Notes under the pieces: generated by a model
The model's database searches: none
Told to the model about the DNA's origin: nothing
The model's input: only the letters and a program-made list of their open reading frames with translations
Part shown: positions 60,220-64,000 of the stretch, in pieces
Position numbering within the stretch: the first letter of the stretch is position 1
Layout of the letters: the number at the start of each line of letters is the position of its first letter
Origin: Nitrospirota bacterium
GTDB lineage: Bacteria > Nitrospirota > UBA9217
Reading direction: 5' to 3'
Length of the DNA: 64,000 bases
NCBI GenBank assembly: GCA_963749655.1
Contig: CAVVOB010000033.1
Coordinates: 1 to 64,000, forward strand
Program-made: the position numbers and the translations under genes

Positions 60220-61542
60220 TCACTTACCCTGCCGCGATATAGTATCTCGAATTTCGGCGGCCTTCTCTCGTGCCTCCCGAACTTGCCCGGAGGCCAGTCC
60301 CTTAATGATGACAGCTAATCGGTCTTTGTACGTCGTTTCATCCTGCAGCAGCCAGGCGCATGCAGCGACAGGGTCTACCGCAGTACCTCTGCCGTTCAGA
60401 TACATGTCCGCCAAGTCACCAATAACGTTGCGATTGCCTTTTTCCGCAAGTCCACGTATGTTTTCAAAGACCTTGGATTCCAATTGTTTCATATGGTTCA
60501 TGAGCGTTTCTTTTTGAACTTCTTCACGGGATTTGCCGAGCTTGGCCCAACGACGACAATCTTCGATGTTATCCTTGTCCCAGGCTTCCGGGTAGTAGTT
60601 TCGCGAGTCGATAGTGTTGAGCAGATTCATTGCCTCAACCTTTCCGGCACGACAGGCGAATCTCGCATGCCAATTGAGGACCCACGATGAATTCGGATAG
60701 TTGAGTTCGATCTGTTTGAATCCCGCATTCATTCTGTCCCATGAAACGTTGGAGCTCTCAAAATCCTGCCACTCCCGATTTAGAAACATGGTCCATGCGG
60801 TCCTGGCATAGATCGTGGCTCCCTCGGCGCCTGGGTTCTTGTTTGAAATTTCCGTGATGAATCGCTGCCAGTCTCCGTCAGTGCCAAACCACTTTGGCAA
60901 AAGATAGTTCGCCCTGGCAAAGTAGTGCGCATAATAATCCGGTGTCTGCTGGATCGCTTCTTTGAAGAGGATTGCATAGGCATTCTCCTCCACTCCTTTG
61001 ATCGTTGCCAGTGCAAGAAGGAGCTGGAAGCGTTTCGGACAATCAGCAACGCCGGGTCTCAAAGGTTGATTAATAATACTCCACGCCTTGTCCAGGCGCT
61101 CCTCGACCAGTCGCCATGCTTCCTGCTTAACCTCTCCGGCATAGCCGCTGCCGCGCGCTTTCCAGGCATAGGACTTCCATAAAGCCGCGGATGCACACTG
61201 TGCTGTTACGGAATCACGACGTGAGCTCCGCCACTTTTCCGCGCGGGAAATGTACAGCGGGAACACCCACTCCGGCGTTGTGCTACCCGGCTCGAATGCA
61301 GTATAGAAGACATGTAATTTCCACTGACCGTCGGGGAATCGCGTTTTCTCTACGCGAAACTTGGCCGCCATGTTGTCAAGTTCCGTGTACTTTTCAACCT
61401 CGAATAGTTGCCTCACCGATTTGACCAATGCATCGTGAGCCTTAACGCCATCGGTAAAATCATTCGCCCAGGCCGCACGTATGGGGACTGCCGCGACAAG
61501 GATCACGAGGATGTAATAACCGGTTTTCAGAAATAAGTTCAC
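60220..61542 (-). CDS. DUF4034-like secreted protein with C-terminal Sel1-like repeat
   Basis: AWKARGSGYA..V, YLLPKWFG; LADMYLNGRG...DPVAACAW. Confidence 0.75.
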   Translation of the reverse strand: MNLFLKTGYYILVILVAAVPIRAAWANDFTDGVKAHDALVKSVRQLFEVEKYTELDNMAAKFRVEKTRFPDGQWKLHVFYTAFEPGSTTPEWVFPLYISRAEKWRSSRRDSVTAQCASAALWKSYAWKARGSGYAGEVKQEAWRLVEERLDKAWSIINQPLRPGVADCPKRFQLLLALATIKGVEENAYAILFKEAIQQTPDYYAHYFARANYLLPKWFGTDGDWQRFITEISNKNPGAEGATIYARTAWTMFLNREWQDFESSNVSWDRMNAGFKQIELNYPNSSWVLNWHARFACRAGKVEAMNLLNTIDSRNYYPEAWDKDNIEDCRRWAKLGKSREEVQKETLMNHMKQLESKVFENIRGLAEKGNRNVIGDLADMYLNGRGTAVDPVAACAWLLQDETTYKDRLAVIIKGLASGQVREAREKAAEIRDTISRQGK

Positions 61543-61730
61543 AATCGTCTCCGCAAAGGCCGATGTTGTCAGACATCGGAAATTAAGATTTTGATATCAT
61601 CATCTTTACGTTATAAATGCGATGTCCCTTTTTCTCTCTGCAACCGGATGCTTACTACCGGTAGGATTGGGGACAATGTCTCTCATTTTGCATATCTTCA
61701 AGTCTTTCCTTCGCTCTCTTTATATCATCA

Positions 61731-63035
61731 TTACCAAATAGGCCCCATGAACAACCAACGGAGTGCGACGCGTTCCTCGGCCGTCCCGCCGTTGAAGCGC
61801 GCAAGCGTACGCTCAGCACGGCCGTTTCTTGACTGGAGCAGGTCATACCTCGTTGCCATAGTCTTCGGCAAGGTGGTGGTTGCACCCGAGGCGAGAGTCC
61901 ATTCCTGCCAGGTGATTGCATTGCAGAGATCGAAGTCGTACTTTATACGAAAGACGGACAAATAAGGATCGGCAAAATACGTATAATCAGGCGGGTCCGG
62001 AACCGTTCCGCCGAGCCCGACAAGTTCATCGGCCAGGGTGGTATCTGTCTGATACGAGAGAAGCGCACCGGGCTTTACCCAGTCATACGCGATATACTCT
62101 TCAATTGTCCAGTAAGGATCTATGCTACTCGATATTCCGCTCTGCACAAGATCGGTGACGGTCATGCCCGACATGATGCCGCTTGATGCCTGCATGTTGC
62201 CGATGATGCGTGCAAGAATGCCATCTATTCCGGGATAGGCGGAAGGAAGGCTCAGCTCCATAGAGAATCGAAACAACAGCAGATCGTTCATTGCGTCGCT
62301 GTTCCACTGCATGGTGATCAATGACCCACTGCTCGAACTAATCAGGGAATCTGCAAGGTTTCCCTCGACGGACCTGAACTCTGCGGGCAGAGCTGCTTCC
62401 AATACATCCACGGTCTGCAGTAGGTGATCGGACAGGATAGGATCGACGCTCAGGGAAGCCATGGATGAAACGCTTCTATTCAACACGGCGCGCTGATGCA
62501 GCTGATTCGTCGTCATGATCATCAGCAAATTGACCAGTTCGCGGTCCGCGTCGGTAAAGGTTGAAAACGGGGGCTGCGAAAGCTTCGGCTGCAGGTCGAC
62601 GAACGAAGCAAGTACTGCCAGATCCAGCTGTTCCGGTGTAATGCCCGAAGTCCCGGCAGCCTGGATCACGTCCCACATCAGCTGATCGACCGAGGTTGCT
62701 TTTGCATCGACGTCTGCTGCGGCCTGATAGTTCGTTCGAAAGGTCTGAAGGACCGTTGGAAGCGCATCGACAAAAGGCGTCAGGTCTACACCGTTGCCGA
62801 GGGAATCCTGGAAAGCCTGCGCGCTGTTCTTTGCGGCGGCTCCGAGTTCAGCGGCATATGCCGTAGTCGTTACGCCGGACCGTGTCGTAAACGTTACGAT
62901 AAGGTCGGCCACGCTGGTAAGATCCACGGTGTTCGGGGGAGGCAGCGGCCCGGGCTCGTCCTTCTTGTTTTTGCCGCAGGCGTAAGCCAGGCTGAGAGAA
63001 CATACCATAAGGAGAACCATGATTTTTTTGCACAT
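61731..63035 (-). CDS. Hypothetical lipoprotein
   Basis: Lipobox-like LAYACG; acidic 434-aa ORF. Confidence 0.65.
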   Translation of the reverse strand: MCKKIMVLLMVCSLSLAYACGKNKKDEPGPLPPPNTVDLTSVADLIVTFTTRSGVTTTAYAAELGAAAKNSAQAFQDSLGNGVDLTPFVDALPTVLQTFRTNYQAAADVDAKATSVDQLMWDVIQAAGTSGITPEQLDLAVLASFVDLQPKLSQPPFSTFTDADRELVNLLMIMTTNQLHQRAVLNRSVSSMASLSVDPILSDHLLQTVDVLEAALPAEFRSVEGNLADSLISSSSGSLITMQWNSDAMNDLLLFRFSMELSLPSAYPGIDGILARIIGNMQASSGIMSGMTVTDLVQSGISSSIDPYWTIEEYIAYDWVKPGALLSYQTDTTLADELVGLGGTVPDPPDYTYFADPYLSVFRIKYDFDLCNAITWQEWTLASGATTTLPKTMATRYDLLQSRNGRAERTLARFNGGTAEERVALRWLFMGPIW

Positions 63036-63386
63036 TGGCAACACAGTGATTCCTCCTTTCGATGCGATAGCGTGTTGAAGCACGATTTGAGTTGCGGATT
63101 CTTCGTCTTAACCTGTTGCCGGATTGGCACCTGATGGAGGGACACGGTTGATGGAACGAGAATAAGATAATCGGACGGAAAAGGCAAGTGTCTCGATGGG
63201 GTATTTTTGGGGGAGAAGATTTTAAAGCGGTTTTGAGTTGTGAGTGTTGAGTTTTGAATTGCTACCAGGTCCCCATTGCTCTCCCCAGTTTTCCGGCTTT
63301 CGACAACCAGCGGTTGCCGATGTGTACCGGACCCCGGGTTTCCGCGCTCTTCGCGCCCTGGGGTAAACCGTTTGTTGCTCTGTTTT

Positions 63387-64000
63387 TTAGGTTCTCGGGG
63401 TCAATTTGTATCTCCGGGAACGGCAATTTTCAAGTCTCACCTCCTCGGTCCTGCCACAAGCTGCCGGCGCTTCCGGGCCGGCGTTCACCTTGACTGCAAA
63501 GTACAGATACCCTATGGCCATTATGAAGAAGACGATCGACGAGGCGGGCACGTGAATGCCCGCGAGCAGGAGCAGCGTGGGAAGGACGACGGCCGGCGTG
63601 AGCGCCACCGCTGCGAGCCGGTACAGGGCATCGGAGTCGAGCGGGGCCCTGAGCTTTTTCACAAAGATCATCCCGATCCCGGCGTAGATCATCGTCTGGA
63701 AGAACCGGTAGACAAAGTCGCCTGCCAGCATGACCGGATAGGCGACGATGCCGAAATATTTCCCGAACGCCCGGACCCAGCGGTCCACAATGTCGCGGTC
63801 GATGGAGGCGTCGGCCCCGGACAGGTTGTAGACCTTCGCCGCGTCCCTCTGCGGACTTCGGAACATGATCTGGTCCCCGGTGAGGAGCACTGTGGCGTCC
63901 GTCTGCTCGAGCGAGATGATCCCGCCCGAGGTATCGATGACCATGAACGGCGTGCGGCCGTCGGACTCCAGGATGGTGTACGGAACCGGCCGGTCGATCG
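63387..64000 (-). CDS. DUF1189-like membrane protein (5' part outside window)
   Basis: VIDTSG; LYRLAAVALTPAVVL..GYLYFAV. Confidence 0.7.
   Translation of the reverse strand, partial: IDRPVPYTILESDGRTPFMVIDTSGGIISLEQTDATVLLTGDQIMFRSPQRDAAKVYNLSGADASIDRDIVDRWVRAFGKYFGIVAYPVMLAGDFVYRFFQTMIYAGIGMIFVKKLRAPLDSDALYRLAAVALTPAVVLPTLLLLAGIHVPASSIVFFIMAIGYLYFAVKVNAGPEAPAACGRTEEVRLENCRSRRYKLTPRT
63397..63442. repeat. REP-like inverted repeat at 3' end of last gene
   Basis: GGGGTCAATTTGTATC..GCAATTTTCAAGTCTCACCT. Confidence 0.6.

Overview
GC-rich bacterial chromosome segment; gene content (Tup tungstate transporter, multiheme cytochrome, ACT-Liv-PaaK cluster) suggests an anaerobe such as Nitrospirota or a deltaproteobacterium (inference only). 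Many conserved genes carry 1-nt frameshifts, most likely long-read consensus errors. Layout: (i) 1-6.5 kb ferritin-like gene, tupABC plus a second tupA, TauE; (ii) ~6.6-28.6 kb accessory zone of short, mostly minus-strand genes with an 11-heme cytochrome, a complete group II intron and many repeats; (iii) tRNA-Gln/tRNA-Glu and a core-like block (CBS-PPase, K+ channel, NCS2, ACT-livKHMGF-paaK-amidohydrolase); (iv) 43-64 kb unbroken minus-strand run of stress/repair/hypothetical genes with two attC-bearing cassettes and a MarR with two perfect operators. The most striking signal is a dispersed REP-like site (GGGTCAG.. / ..CAAG(A/T)CYTGACCC) at junctions between co-oriented accessory genes. It is accompanied by up to four decayed fragments of a RAYT/TnpA-REP-type HUH transposase, and the group II intron has inserted exactly into one copy. 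This may be an integron-analogous, HUH-driven gene-cassette system with its own site-homing intron (hypothesis). Several periodic (7-, 9-, 10-nt) inverted-repeat families also fill intergenic spaces.
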